A stretch of DNA of 64,000 nt from an uncultured Candidatus Saccharibacteria bacterium (GTDB lineage Bacteria > Patescibacteriota > Minisyncoccia > Minisyncoccales > GWA2-38-27), in contig CAYUSS010000002.1 in NCBI GenBank assembly GCA_964447515.1, positions 11,020 through 75,019 of the forward strand. Reading direction: 5' to 3'. The notes beneath the pieces were generated by a model that was not told the origin of the DNA, did not search any database, and worked only from the letters and a program-made list of their open reading frames with translations. Shown piece by piece: positions 24,300 through 33,084 of the stretch (the stretch's first letter is position 1; each line of letters starts with the position of its first letter). The position numbers and the translations under genes were made by a program.

Positions 24300-25328
24300 A
24301 TGTTTTCTAAAAAAATTGGCATTGATCTGGGAACTTGTAACTCTGTAGTTTTTATTCCTCGTAAAGGGGTGGTTTTGAACGAACCTTCAGTAGTAGCAGT
24401 TAGTGTCTCTGAAAATAGAATTTTAGCAGTGGGACAAGAAGCCAAAGAAATGACTGGCCGGACTCCAGATACTATAAGAGTTTACCGACCATTAAAAGAT
24501 GGAGTGATTGCTGATTATCGCGTTACCCAGGCAATGATAAGATATTTTATTAAAAAAATAACAAGGTCTTTCAATTTTTTGAAACCAGAATTATTAATCG
24601 GGGTTCCGGCCGGCATTACCTCAACCGAAAAAAGAGCGGTGATTGAAGCTGGGATGACAGCCGGTGCCAAAGCAGTATATGTTGCTAAAGAGCCTATTTT
24701 AGCTGCGATTGGCGCTGGAATTCCTATCAATTCTTGCTCGGGCCATATGATTGTTGATATTGGTGGAGGGACCTCAGAAGTGGCTGTGATTTCTCTTGGA
24801 GGAATAGTAACTTCCTCTTCTTTGAGAACGGGTGGAGATAAAATAGACCAGGCAATCTCAAATTATATCAAAGAGAGACATAATTTAGCTATCGGCGAGC
24901 AAACTACCGAGGAAATAAAAATAAAAATCGGTAGCGCCTTGTCAGAAAAATCCTCTAAAGACGAACAGGTTTCTGAGAGGAAGTTAGAAATTCGAGGTCG
25001 AGATTTAATTTCAGGATTGCCCAGAAATCTTATAGTTTCATCTAATGAAATTCAAGAGGCAATTTTTGACCGACTTCATGAAATTGTTCAAGTAATTAAA
25101 ACGGTTTTGAGAGATACACCTCCTGAACTTTCAGCCGATATTATAGATAAAGGAATGGTTCTTTCTGGAGGGGGGGCAATGCTTAGAAATATTGACGAAC
25201 TTATTGCTCAATCTACTGGTGTTCCTTGTTTTTTAGCTGATGAATCATTATTTTGCGTAGCGAAGGGAACTGGAGTAGTGCTTGAAAACCTTGAGGCCTA
25301 TAAAAAGAGCATAATGACAAAGAAATAA
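24300..25328 (+). CDS. mreB: rod shape-determining protein MreB (paralog 1)
   Basis: IGIDLGTCNSVV, DIGGGTSEVAVISLGGIV, VLSGGGAMLRNIDELI. Confidence 0.92.
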   Translation: MFSKKIGIDLGTCNSVVFIPRKGVVLNEPSVVAVSVSENRILAVGQEAKEMTGRTPDTIRVYRPLKDGVIADYRVTQAMIRYFIKKITRSFNFLKPELLIGVPAGITSTEKRAVIEAGMTAGAKAVYVAKEPILAAIGAGIPINSCSGHMIVDIGGGTSEVAVISLGGIVTSSSLRTGGDKIDQAISNYIKERHNLAIGEQTTEEIKIKIGSALSEKSSKDEQVSERKLEIRGRDLISGLPRNLIVSSNEIQEAIFDRLHEIVQVIKTVLRDTPPELSADIIDKGMVLSGGGAMLRNIDELIAQSTGVPCFLADESLFCVAKGTGVVLENLEAYKKSIMTKK

Positions 25329-25337
25329 AATCTCGAA

Positions 25338-25442
25338 ACCTGTAACCTGTAACTTATAACCTGTAACCTGTAACCCTCTTGAGTTATAAGTTACAAGTTA
25401 TAAGTTACAAGATTTGGGTTACGAATTACAAGTTGCAAGTTA
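25338..25442. repeat. GTTACAA/TTGTAAC-type word hairpin upstream of holB
   Basis: Left arm ACCTGTAACCTGTAACTTATAACCTGTAACCTGTAACCC, right arm GAGTTATAAGTTACAAGTTATAAGTTACAAG... It shares the leader TCTCGAAAC with 15986-16084. Confidence 0.8.
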
Positions 25443-25443
25443 T

Positions 25444-26340
25444 ATGATATTGGGTCATCAAAAACAATGGAACTTATTAAAGCGTCTGGCTGAAGCAGAT
25501 AAAATTCCTCAGGCTTTTTTATTTTTTGGTGAAGAAAAATTAGGAAAAAAAACTTTAGCTATTGAATTTGTTAAATATTTAAATTGCCAGAATGATAAAA
25601 AGCCATGCCAGACCTGTCGTTCCTGCCAAGATATTGAAAGGGGGATTTATCCCGATTTTTCTTTAATCTCGTTCCTAAAAAAGGGAATTCAAATATCTCA
25701 AATAAGAGACCTTATTTGGAAATTATCCCTCCGTTCCTATTCAGCTCCCTTTAAAGCGGCAGTTATAGATAAAGCTCATTTGATGACCAGAGCAGCTCAA
25801 AGTTGTTTTTTAAAAACCCTGGAAGAACCAAAAGGCAAAACTCTTTTGATTTTGGTAACTGAATATCCGGAGATGTTATTGCCGACAATTCTCTCAAGAG
25901 TTCAGCGATTGAAGTTTTTTCCAGTAAAACATTTGGAAATTGAAAATTATTTGAAAACAAAAGGTGCCACTCCTGGCCAGGCGAGCGAACTATCTTCGCT
26001 TTCTCTGGGAAGGCCGGGGTTAGCACTGGATTTTTTCTCAGATTTGAAAAAAGTCAGCGATTTTAAACAAAAAACTAAGGAAATTGAAAAACTTAGTGTT
26101 TCTGATTTGGCTTTTCGTTTCCAATATGCTAAAAATTTATCTTCACAAAGTCCTCAAACCATCAAAGAAGTTTTGTATATCTGGCTTCAGTATTTTAGAA
26201 AAATACTGCTTAGCGAAGAGAAAAATTCTTTGCCCAAAATTAAAAAAATCCTTAAACTTATTCAAAGCACAAATTTTTTGGTTTCAACCACTAATGTCAA
26301 TTCGAAATTAGCCCTTGAGATTTTATTAATGGAATTATAA
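25444..26340 (+). CDS. holB: DNA polymerase III subunit delta-prime
   Basis: AAA+ clamp-loader pattern: HQKQW...IPQAFLFFGEEKLGKKTLA, Zn module CQTCRSC, SRVQRLKF. Start moved to ATG 25444, outside the repeat. Confidence 0.75.
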   Translation: MILGHQKQWNLLKRLAEADKIPQAFLFFGEEKLGKKTLAIEFVKYLNCQNDKKPCQTCRSCQDIERGIYPDFSLISFLKKGIQISQIRDLIWKLSLRSYSAPFKAAVIDKAHLMTRAAQSCFLKTLEEPKGKTLLILVTEYPEMLLPTILSRVQRLKFFPVKHLEIENYLKTKGATPGQASELSSLSLGRPGLALDFFSDLKKVSDFKQKTKEIEKLSVSDLAFRFQYAKNLSSQSPQTIKEVLYIWLQYFRKILLSEEKNSLPKIKKILKLIQSTNFLVSTTNVNSKLALEILLMEL

Positions 26341-26394
26341 ATAAACACGGGTCCGACCCGTGCAACCTGTACGGGTCGGACCCGTGTAAACCCT

Positions 26395-26949
26395 ATGTAC
26401 AAAGAAATAATTGATAAAGTAAAACCAGAGATAGAGAAAGTAATGAGTTTTTTAGAAAAAGAAGTTGCTCAGATTAGGACCTCAAGGGTTTCTCCGGTTT
26501 TGGTTGAAGATATTTTAGTGGATTTTTCCGGCAGCAAGTCGCCGCTCAAGCAGTTGGGGGCTATTTTCTGTCCAAAAGCCCGAGAAATTATAATTCAGCC
26601 TTGGGATAAGTCATATATTGAGCCAATGGTGGCAGCCATCTCTCAATCAAAAGTTGGAGTATCTCCGGTTGTAGATAAGGATATAATTCGGCTTTCTTTC
26701 CCACCCTTGAGCGAGGAGTATCGCCAGGATTTATTAAGAGGGCTGGCAGTAAAGACAGAGGAGGCGCGGAGAACTATAAGACACTGGCGGGAAACAGTTT
26801 GGAGAGAAGTTCAAGATAAATTCCGGGCAGGAGAGATTCGAGAGGATGATAAATTTCGAGCAAAAGACGAACTTCAAGATTTAATTGACGAATATAATAA
26901 AAAAATTGAAGAGCTCGGAGAGAGAAAAAAGAAAGAAATATTGGAATAA
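26395..26949 (+). CDS. frr: ribosome recycling factor
   Basis: IRTSRVSPVLVEDILVD...LSFPPLSEEYRQDL...IREDD..RAKDELQDLIDEY is typical of RRF. Confidence 0.92.
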   Translation: MYKEIIDKVKPEIEKVMSFLEKEVAQIRTSRVSPVLVEDILVDFSGSKSPLKQLGAIFCPKAREIIIQPWDKSYIEPMVAAISQSKVGVSPVVDKDIIRLSFPPLSEEYRQDLLRGLAVKTEEARRTIRHWRETVWREVQDKFRAGEIREDDKFRAKDELQDLIDEYNKKIEELGERKKKEILE

Positions 26950-26960
26950 GTTAAATTATT

Positions 26961-28097
26961 ATGCTTTTAACCATTATCATTGCTTTTATAAGTCTTATCG
27001 GACTAATTATTCTTCACGAATTAGGGCACTTTTTATTGGCGAAGAAATTTGGAGTAAAAGTTGAAGAGTTCGGCCTAGGGTATCCTCCTCGATTATTTGG
27101 TAAAAAATTTGGCGAAACGATTTATTCTTTAAATCTTTTACCATTAGGAGCTTTTGTTAAGCTCTACGGACACGAGGAAAGGATTGACGATCCTCGTAGT
27201 TTTACCACCAAGCCTTTTTGGCAAAAAGCTTTAATTATTTTAGGCGGTGTTATTTCTTTTTGGGTGGTCGCCGCAATTTTACTGACTATTGTAATGTATT
27301 TGGGCATTCCGACGCAGATAGGGGATGATGAAAATCATAATTTAGTTGAGCCAAAGGTTCAAATTATGGCTGTTGCTCCGGCTTCTCCGGCCGAAAAAGC
27401 GGGAATAAAGGTTGGAGACGCGATAATAAAAATCAAAAATGAACAAGTTCCTCGCAAGCGAGAGCAAGAAGGAGCCGTAGACTCGTCTACGACAGCAAAA
27501 ATCAAAAATATCAGTAAGATAAAGGAAGTTCAAGAACTTACAGAAAAATACAAAGGCCAAGAGATTGCTTTAACAATTCAACGAGGAAAAGAAATATTTG
27601 ACGTTTCCTTAATTCCCCGAGAGACGCCCCCTAAAGACGAGGGAGCAATGGGAGTGGCTTTGATCAGAACAGCCCTGAAGTCCTATTCCTGGTACCAAGC
27701 TCCAGTTCAGGGAATTTTAGCTACTGGTAACTTAACTCGGATGGTAATTGAGGGATGGGGAATGACTATTTCCAGTTTGTTTCAGGGTAAAGGAATACCT
27801 GCTGGTGTTGAATTAAGAGGACCGGTGGGAATTTTTGAACTATTCGCTCAAGTAGGAAGTTTAGGACTAACTTATTTTTTGCACTTTATAGCTTTAATTT
27901 CTATTTGTTTGGCTTTAATTAATGTTTTGCCCATTCCTTCCTTAGATGGCGGGTGGTTGTTCTTTCTTGTTATTGAGAAAATAAAAGGAAAGCCAGTAAG
28001 TCAGAAAATTGAGCAAAAAATTACTGTCGTTTTCTTTTGTCTATTAATAACTTTAATGATTTATGTAACAATAAAAGATATCGCCAGAATTTTCTAA
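26961..28097 (+). CDS. rseP: RIP site-2 metalloprotease (M50, RseP-like) with PDZ domain
   Basis: HELGHF, PDZ segment SPAEKAGIKVGDAII, NVLPIPSLDGG. An in-frame repeat insertion lies at 27428-27509. Confidence 0.88.
   Translation: MLLTIIIAFISLIGLIILHELGHFLLAKKFGVKVEEFGLGYPPRLFGKKFGETIYSLNLLPLGAFVKLYGHEERIDDPRSFTTKPFWQKALIILGGVISFWVVAAILLTIVMYLGIPTQIGDDENHNLVEPKVQIMAVAPASPAEKAGIKVGDAIIKIKNEQVPRKREQEGAVDSSTTAKIKNISKIKEVQELTEKYKGQEIALTIQRGKEIFDVSLIPRETPPKDEGAMGVALIRTALKSYSWYQAPVQGILATGNLTRMVIEGWGMTISSLFQGKGIPAGVELRGPVGIFELFAQVGSLGLTYFLHFIALISICLALINVLPIPSLDGGWLFFLVIEKIKGKPVSQKIEQKITVVFFCLLITLMIYVTIKDIARIF
27428..27509. repeat. composite insert in rseP: G+C-rich palindromes flanked by direct AAAAATCAAAAAT words
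   Basis: AAAAATCAAAAAT occurs at both ends. Core contains CTCGC-AA-GCGAG and GTAGAC-TC-GTCTAC. It shares GTCTACGACAGCAAAAATC with the pheT insert at 35568-35608. Confidence 0.75.
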
Positions 28098-28108
28098 TTC
28101 AAATTATT

Positions 28109-28236
28109 AGGGTGTTGAATAATTATTTTTCAGCGTAATTTCAGCGTATAGTTCAGCGTGGTTCAGCGATAAAACTATGCTAATGCTGAACAACGCCGAT
28201 ATCTACGCTGAACAACGCGGAATTATTCAACGGTCT
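28109..28236. repeat. 128-bp CAGCG-word hairpin element, copy R (inverted; immediately upstream of mreB paralog 2)
   Basis: Reverse complement of 22631-22758 with 5 mismatches. Confidence 0.85.
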
Positions 28237-28242
28237 AATTAC

Positions 28243-29295
28243 ATGATTAATAAATTTTTTTCCTATTTTTCAAATGACATAGCTATTGATTTGGGAACTG
28301 CTAACTCATTAGTTTATGTTAAAGGTAAGGGGATAGTTATTAATGAGCCTTCAGTAGTAGCCATAAATCAAAAAACAGGTCAAATTTTAGCAATCGGCGA
28401 AGAGGCCCAAAAAATGGTTGGTCGAACCCCGGCTCATATTGTTGCCATCAGGCCCTTGGTTGATGGAGTCGTTTCTGATTTTGAAGTTACAGAGCAAATG
28501 TTAAAATACTTTATTGAGAAGGTTCACAAGAGGAGATTTGTTTTGGGTTCCCGGCCCAGGGTTATTATCGGAATTCCCTATGGAGTAACCGAGGTTGAGA
28601 AAAAAGCAGTTTGCGATGCTGCCAAAAATGCTGGCGCCAGGCAGATATTTTTAATAGAAGAACCAATGGCAGATGCTATTGGGGCCAGGTTAACCGTTCA
28701 AGAGGCAGGAGGTAATTTCATCGTTGATATTGGAGGGGGCACCACTGAAGTAGCGGTAATTTCTCTTGGCGGGATAGTTATTGCAAAAAGTCTTCGGATC
28801 GCCGGAGATAAACTTAATGAAGATATAGTTCAATTTGTTCAAGAGGAATATAAATTATTAATTGGCGAGAGGACAGCCGAGAGGGTTAAAATTGGAATTG
28901 GTTCTGCTTTTCCCTTGAAAGAGAGAGCGGAGTTTCCCCTACGAGGCAGAAATATAATAACCGGGCTTCCAGAAGAAATTTTGATTTCTGATAAAGATAT
29001 AAAGCGGGCTTTAGAAAAGTCGGTAAAACAAATTGTTACAGCTGTAAAGACCACAATAGAAGAAACTCCCCCTGAACTTTTAGCTGACATTATGTCAAAA
29101 GGGATCTATCTTGCTGGTGGCGGCAGTCTTTTAAGAGGATTGGATACTTTAGTTCAACAAGAAGTAAAAATTCCTACTAAAATTATTGAAGATTCAACAA
29201 CAGCAATGGTTAGGGGGGCAGGGATGGTTTTGGAAAAACTCGATGAATTGCATGAAGTATTAACAGGGGTAGAGGATATGGAACCACCCCGATAA
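28243..29295 (+). CDS. mreB: rod shape-determining protein MreB (paralog 2)
   Basis: IAIDLGTANSLVYV, DIGGGTTEVAVISLGGIV, YLAGGGSLLRGLDTLV. Start moved to ATG 28243 because track start 28177 lies inside the repeat. Confidence 0.92.
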   Translation: MINKFFSYFSNDIAIDLGTANSLVYVKGKGIVINEPSVVAINQKTGQILAIGEEAQKMVGRTPAHIVAIRPLVDGVVSDFEVTEQMLKYFIEKVHKRRFVLGSRPRVIIGIPYGVTEVEKKAVCDAAKNAGARQIFLIEEPMADAIGARLTVQEAGGNFIVDIGGGTTEVAVISLGGIVIAKSLRIAGDKLNEDIVQFVQEEYKLLIGERTAERVKIGIGSAFPLKERAEFPLRGRNIITGLPEEILISDKDIKRALEKSVKQIVTAVKTTIEETPPELLADIMSKGIYLAGGGSLLRGLDTLVQQEVKIPTKIIEDSTTAMVRGAGMVLEKLDELHEVLTGVEDMEPPR

Positions 29296-29336
29296 AAATT
29301 TTCAATTTTCAATTTTCAATTTTCAATTTACAAATA

Positions 29337-29642
29337 ATGATATCTAAAGAAGAAGTTAAACATATTGCCAAACTATCTAGGCTGGGCTTAACAGAGAAAG
29401 AGATAGAGAAATTTCAGAAGGAGCTTTCTTTGATTTTAGATTATTTTAATTTATTAGAAGAAGTTGATGTTTCCAAAGTTGAACCAACTTTTCATCCGGC
29501 TGAACATTTTTTAAAGAGAAAACCAAGTGTTACAAGAGAAGACATAGAAAAATCCCAAAAAACTGAAGTAAAGAATAAATTAGTAGTGGCAGCCCCGGAA
29601 AGAAAAGATAGATATGTGAAAGTGAAATCTATATTATCTTAA
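29337..29642 (+). CDS. gatC: Asp/Glu-tRNA amidotransferase subunit C
   Basis: ISKEEVKHIAKLSRLGLTEKEIEKFQKELSLILDYF is typical of GatC. Gene order is gatC-gatA. Confidence 0.9.
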   Translation: MISKEEVKHIAKLSRLGLTEKEIEKFQKELSLILDYFNLLEEVDVSKVEPTFHPAEHFLKRKPSVTREDIEKSQKTEVKNKLVVAAPERKDRYVKVKSILS

Positions 29643-29657
29643 TTTTCAATTTAAAGC

Positions 29658-31073
29658 ATGAGTCTTCACCAATTAAGTATTGTTCAAGCTCATGATGGAC
29701 TTTTAAAGAAAAAGTTCTCTGCTTTGGAGCTAGCTAAGGCCTTTTTGGACAGAATAAAAACTGAGGATAAAAAGATTTCCGCTTTTTTAACAGTGACTGA
29801 AGATTTAGCCCTTTCTCAAGCGAAAAGAGTTGATGATTTAATTTCTGTTGGTGAAGATATTCCTTTATTGGCTGGAATTCCTTTAGCTGTTAAAGATAAT
29901 ATTTTGATTGAAGGGATTAAGACAACTTGTGCTTCAAAAATCCTTGAAGATTATATTGCGCCCTATGATGCCACTTGTATAGAAAAACTTAAGAAACTTG
30001 GGGCAGTGATTTTAGGGAAGACAAATTTAGATGAATTTGCCATGGGCGCTTCAACTGAAAATTCAGCATTTTTCCCGACAAAAAATCCTCATGATTTAAA
30101 TCGGGTACCTGGCGGTTCTTCAGGGGGCTCTGCAGCTGCCGTAGCTGATGATTTATGCTGCTATGCCCTGGGTTCTGATACAGGCGGTTCAATTAGGCAA
30201 CCTGCTTCTTTCTGTGGGGTAAAGGGTTTGAAACCCAGCTATGGAGCAGTTTCCCGTTACGGTTTAACTGCTTTTGCTTCTTCTTTGGATCAGATAGGGA
30301 CTATAACAAAAACAACCGAGGATGCTAAAATTGTTTTTGAGGCAATTGCCGGCAAGGACCCAAAAGATTCAACCAGTGTAGCAATAAATAAAAAGTTACA
30401 AGTTACAAGTTACAAATTACAAGATTTAAAGATCGGCGTTCCCAAGGAATATTTCGTAGAGGGAATAGATAAAGAGGTCGAAAAAGTGATTAAAGATGCC
30501 ATTAAGAAATTTGAAAATTTTGGAGCAAAAATAGAAGAAATTAGTTTACCTCATACAAAATATGCTGTACCTATTTATTATCTTATTGCTACTTCTGAGG
30601 CATCAGCTAATTTAGCCAGATATGATGGAATAAAATACGGACTCTCAAAAAACCAGGGACAAAATTTATTAGACGTTTATTTACGGAGTAGAGTAGAGGG
30701 TTTTGGAGATGAGGTTAAAAGAAGAATTATGCTGGGGACCTACGCTCTTTCGGCTGGTTATTACGAAGCTTATTATTTAAAAGCCCAGAAAGTTAGAACA
30801 TTAATTAAAGAAGATTTTGATAGGGCCTTTCAAAAAGTTGATGTTATTTTTTCTCCAACTGCTCCAACTCCTGCCTTTAAAATCGGAGAAAAAATTATTG
30901 ACCCTCTCTCAATGTATTTATGCGATATCTTTACTGCTCCGGTAAGTCTGGTTGGGTTACCGGCTGTTTCAATCCCGGTCGGTTTTGTTGGAAAGTTACC
31001 GGTTGGTTTGCAGATTATTGGAAAACCATTTGAGGAAAATAAAATTTTAAAAATTGGTCAATTAACTGAATAA
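29658..31073 (+). CDS. gatA: Asp/Glu-tRNA amidotransferase subunit A
   Basis: Amidase signature [12 protein letters not shown]...[12 protein letters not shown]. An in-frame GTTACAA word repeat lies at 30395-30423. Confidence 0.93.
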   Translation: MSLHQLSIVQAHDGLLKKKFSALELAKAFLDRIKTEDKKISAFLTVTEDLALSQAKRVDDLISVGEDIPLLAGIPLAVKDNILIEGIKTTCASKILEDYIAPYDATCIEKLKKLGAVILGKTNLDEFAMGASTENSAFFPTKNPHDLNRVPGGSSGGSAAAVADDLCCYALGSDTGGSIRQPASFCGVKGLKPSYGAVSRYGLTAFASSLDQIGTITKTTEDAKIVFEAIAGKDPKDSTSVAINKKLQVTSYKLQDLKIGVPKEYFVEGIDKEVEKVIKDAIKKFENFGAKIEEISLPHTKYAVPIYYLIATSEASANLARYDGIKYGLSKNQGQNLLDVYLRSRVEGFGDEVKRRIMLGTYALSAGYYEAYYLKAQKVRTLIKEDFDRAFQKVDVIFSPTAPTPAFKIGEKIIDPLSMYLCDIFTAPVSLVGLPAVSIPVGFVGKLPVGLQIIGKPFEENKILKIGQLTE

Positions 31074-31082
31074 GTAGGTAAA

Positions 31083-31592
31083 ATGGAAAAGATATTTTAT
31101 TTTATTATACATCCTGAGTTTAGGGGATTTCTTTTATATCTCAGAATTATTTTTATAGTTATTTCTTCATTTTTTTTGCTAAGCATTATTATTCTTCTTC
31201 TGAGAAGCAGCTGGATGAAGGATCGTTATTTAGAGGCATTAACAGAGTTTGTCACTTATCGACCCTTTGGAGTAAAAGAAACCTTTAAACAGTGGAATAA
31301 GATTGTTAAAAGATTAGAGACCGACAGAGAAGCCGAATATAAATTAGCAGTAATTGAGGCAGATGGTTTATTAGAAAGCGTTTTGGAAAGAATGGGATAT
31401 AAAGGAGATAATTTTGTCCAAAGGTTGGAGCAAATAGACCCGTCTGTTTTACCTAATCTGGAGGAGGTTTGGAAGGCCCATAAAACCCGCAATAATATTG
31501 TCCACGACCCTGATTATCGATTAATTTTGGCTCAGGCAAAAACAATGTTAGAAATTTATGAAAAAGCTCTCCGAGACCTTGAGATGTTTTAA
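31083..31592 (+). CDS. hypothetical membrane protein
   Basis: 169-aa ORF with an N-terminal TM (LLYLRIIFIVISSFFLLSIIILLL). No family recognised. Confidence 0.5.
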   Translation: MEKIFYFIIHPEFRGFLLYLRIIFIVISSFFLLSIIILLLRSSWMKDRYLEALTEFVTYRPFGVKETFKQWNKIVKRLETDREAEYKLAVIEADGLLESVLERMGYKGDNFVQRLEQIDPSVLPNLEEVWKAHKTRNNIVHDPDYRLILAQAKTMLEIYEKALRDLEMF

Positions 31593-31638
31593 TATAAATA
31601 AAACCGTTCCATCTTAATCTAAAACCCGACATTAATCT

Positions 31639-31675
31639 AAAACCCGACGTTGAGGATTTTTAAACGTCGGGTTTT
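31639..31675 (+). terminator. hairpin AAAACCCGACGTT...AACGTCGGGTTTT (mini-copy of the CCCGACGTT element) acting as a likely terminator
   Basis: 13-bp arms followed by a T run, downstream of the 31083..31592 ORF. Confidence 0.55.
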
Positions 31676-31688
31676 GTATTTGTGGTTG

Positions 31689-31781
31689 AAACCCGACGTT
31701 GAGGAATTGGCGCCAGCCCGCCCAAGTTTTTCAGAAAAAAATTTAGGCGGGCCAGAGGCACCAAGGGAAACGTCGGGTTTT
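31689..31781. repeat. long (nested) form of the CCCGACGTT palindromic element, intergenic
   Basis: AAACCCGACGTTGAGGAATTGGCGCC-[GCCCGCC...GGCGGGC insert]-AGAGGCACCAAGGGAAACGTCGGGTTT. Confidence 0.8.
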
Positions 31782-31823
31782 GAAAATAGTTGATTTTTTT
31801 CAAAAAATATAATAGAATACAAT

Positions 31824-31894
31824 TGCGGGGTGGAGAAGTAGTATCTTGCGAGGCCCATAACCTCGAGACCCAGGTGCAACTCCTGGTCCCGCAA
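31824..31894 (+). tRNA. initiator-like tRNA-Met (CAT) with atypical loops
   Basis: 5' end TGCGGGGTGGAG resembles bacterial tRNA-fMet. Anticodon arm is CGAGG-CCCATAA-CCTCG (C at position 33). T arm is CCAGG-TGCAACT-CCTGG (G at position 55). The D loop AGTAGTA has no GG. Acceptor is 7 bp including G-U. No CCA is encoded. Confidence 0.5.
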
Positions 31895-31895
31895 C

Positions 31896-31969
31896 GCCGG
31901 TGTAGCTCAGTGGTTAGAGTGAGCGCTTCATAAGCGTTAGGTCGTTGGGTTCGAGTCCCACCACCGGCA
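31896..31969 (+). tRNA. tRNA-Met (CAT), elongator type (Ile2-type not excluded)
   Basis: GCCGGTG acceptor pairs with CACCGGC. D arm GCTC-AGTGGTTA-GAGT. Anticodon arm AGCGC-TTCATAA-GCGTT. T loop TTCGAGT. Confidence 0.85.
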
Positions 31970-31972
31970 TAT

Positions 31973-32050
31973 GCGGGTGTAGCTTAGTTGGTTTAAAGTG
32001 CCGCCCTGTCACGGCGGAGATCGTGGGTTCAAATCCCATCGCCCGCGCCA
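31973..32050 (+). tRNA. tRNA-Asp (GTC), CCA encoded
   Basis: GCGGGTG/CGCCCGC acceptor. Anticodon arm CCGCC-CTGTCAC-GGCGG. T arm GTGGG-TTCAAAT-CCCAT. 3' GCCA. Confidence 0.9.
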
Positions 32051-32085
32051 GTTTTACCGGTTCGAGTCTCGTGGTCCCCGCATAA

Positions 32086-32123
32086 AATACAGCTGAAATA
32101 ATTATTTCAGCTGTATTTTTTTT
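32086..32123 (+). terminator. intrinsic terminator after the tRNA cluster
   Basis: Perfect palindrome AATACAGCTGAAATAATTATTTCAGCTGTATT followed by a T run. Confidence 0.8.
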
Positions 32124-32223
32124 AAAAAATATGGAGCAATGAATTTGACTTTTTACTCAATTTATCATAATCTAAATTCATAAAGAGCAACTTAAAAATT
32201 TAATAAGGAAAGGAGAAAACAAA

Positions 32224-32955
32224 ATGACAGGAATTACTTTAGCTGAACTGAGAAATCTCAATCCACGAGACTTTGATGACAGAGAGCTATCTGAAGAAGA
32301 AATTCTTGAGTGGTTTGATGCCTGTGATGCCTATTGGATGCATGATGGGGACCCAAAGAACCCACATGCTGAGCTAACTTCTGGAAAGTGTAGTAATGGA
32401 TTTTTCGACTGTATGCGGGTCCTGAAATATCCAAATCTCAATGAGATTTTGGCAATAGAGCTGGCCACGCTGTTAATTGAGGACATTCGCGAGAATTATG
32501 AGGAACCCTCTAATATAGACTGGGTAATTGGTTCGCCCTATGCAGCTATTACCTTTTCTTATGAAGTGGCCAAGGAATTGAGAGCGGTTCATGGTTTTTG
32601 TGAGAAAGATCCAATTGTCCCTAAAGAGAAAAAATTTCTCTGGCAACGGATGGTAATTCCTGGAGGATCAAGAGTTCTTCAGATTGAAGAACTTATTACC
32701 ACCAGCGGAACATTCAGAGGAGTTCAGCGAGCAATAGAGGAAGGAAATCCAGAGCCGGTTAAATTTTTACCAGTTGTGGGTGTCCTTGTCCATCGTCCCC
32801 CGAGACTCCCGGCTGATTACGGTGATAGAGAAATCATTGCTTTAGTTGAAAAAGAAATCTGGGCAGTTGAGCCAGAAGATTGTCCTTTGTGCAAAGCTGG
32901 TTCTGTCCGCTATAGGCCAAAAGCCCACTGGAGAGAACTAACTGGAAAAGCATAA
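32224..32955 (+). CDS. type I phosphoribosyltransferase-fold protein (OPRT-like)
   Basis: PRPP-binding-type motif RVLQIEELITTSGT preceded by VIGSPYAAITFSYEVA. SD GGAAAGGAG. G+C is visibly higher than in neighbours. Confidence 0.6.
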   Translation: MTGITLAELRNLNPRDFDDRELSEEEILEWFDACDAYWMHDGDPKNPHAELTSGKCSNGFFDCMRVLKYPNLNEILAIELATLLIEDIRENYEEPSNIDWVIGSPYAAITFSYEVAKELRAVHGFCEKDPIVPKEKKFLWQRMVIPGGSRVLQIEELITTSGTFRGVQRAIEEGNPEPVKFLPVVGVLVHRPPRLPADYGDREIIALVEKEIWAVEPEDCPLCKAGSVRYRPKAHWRELTGKA

Positions 32956-32962
32956 AAACAAA

Positions 32963-32994
32963 GCCACTGGGATTTAGATCCCAGTGGCATTTTT
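32963..32994 (+). terminator. intrinsic terminator
   Basis: GCCACTGGGAT-TTA-GATCCCAGTGGC followed by ATTTTT. Confidence 0.8.
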
Positions 32995-33084
32995 ATTTTC
33001 AAAATTGACTATTTTTATCCACAGAAAATGGCTTGATTTTAAGGGGAGATTAGGGTAAAATGAAAATAGATATTATGGTAAATT

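Noticed and set aside
29296-29336. Tandem TTTTCAA x4 upstream of gatC and tandem ATTCGTA x4 upstream of mreB (24262-24296), considered as transcription-factor binding arrays.
   Set aside because: They look like one-armed versions of the same word-repeat phenomenon seen in other spacers. There is no independent evidence for a binding function.
31637-31894. An 85-aa minus-strand ORF upstream of the tRNA cluster.
   Set aside because: It is composed of the palindromic CCCGACGTT repeat copies and the initiator-like tRNA sequence. It is not a credible gene.
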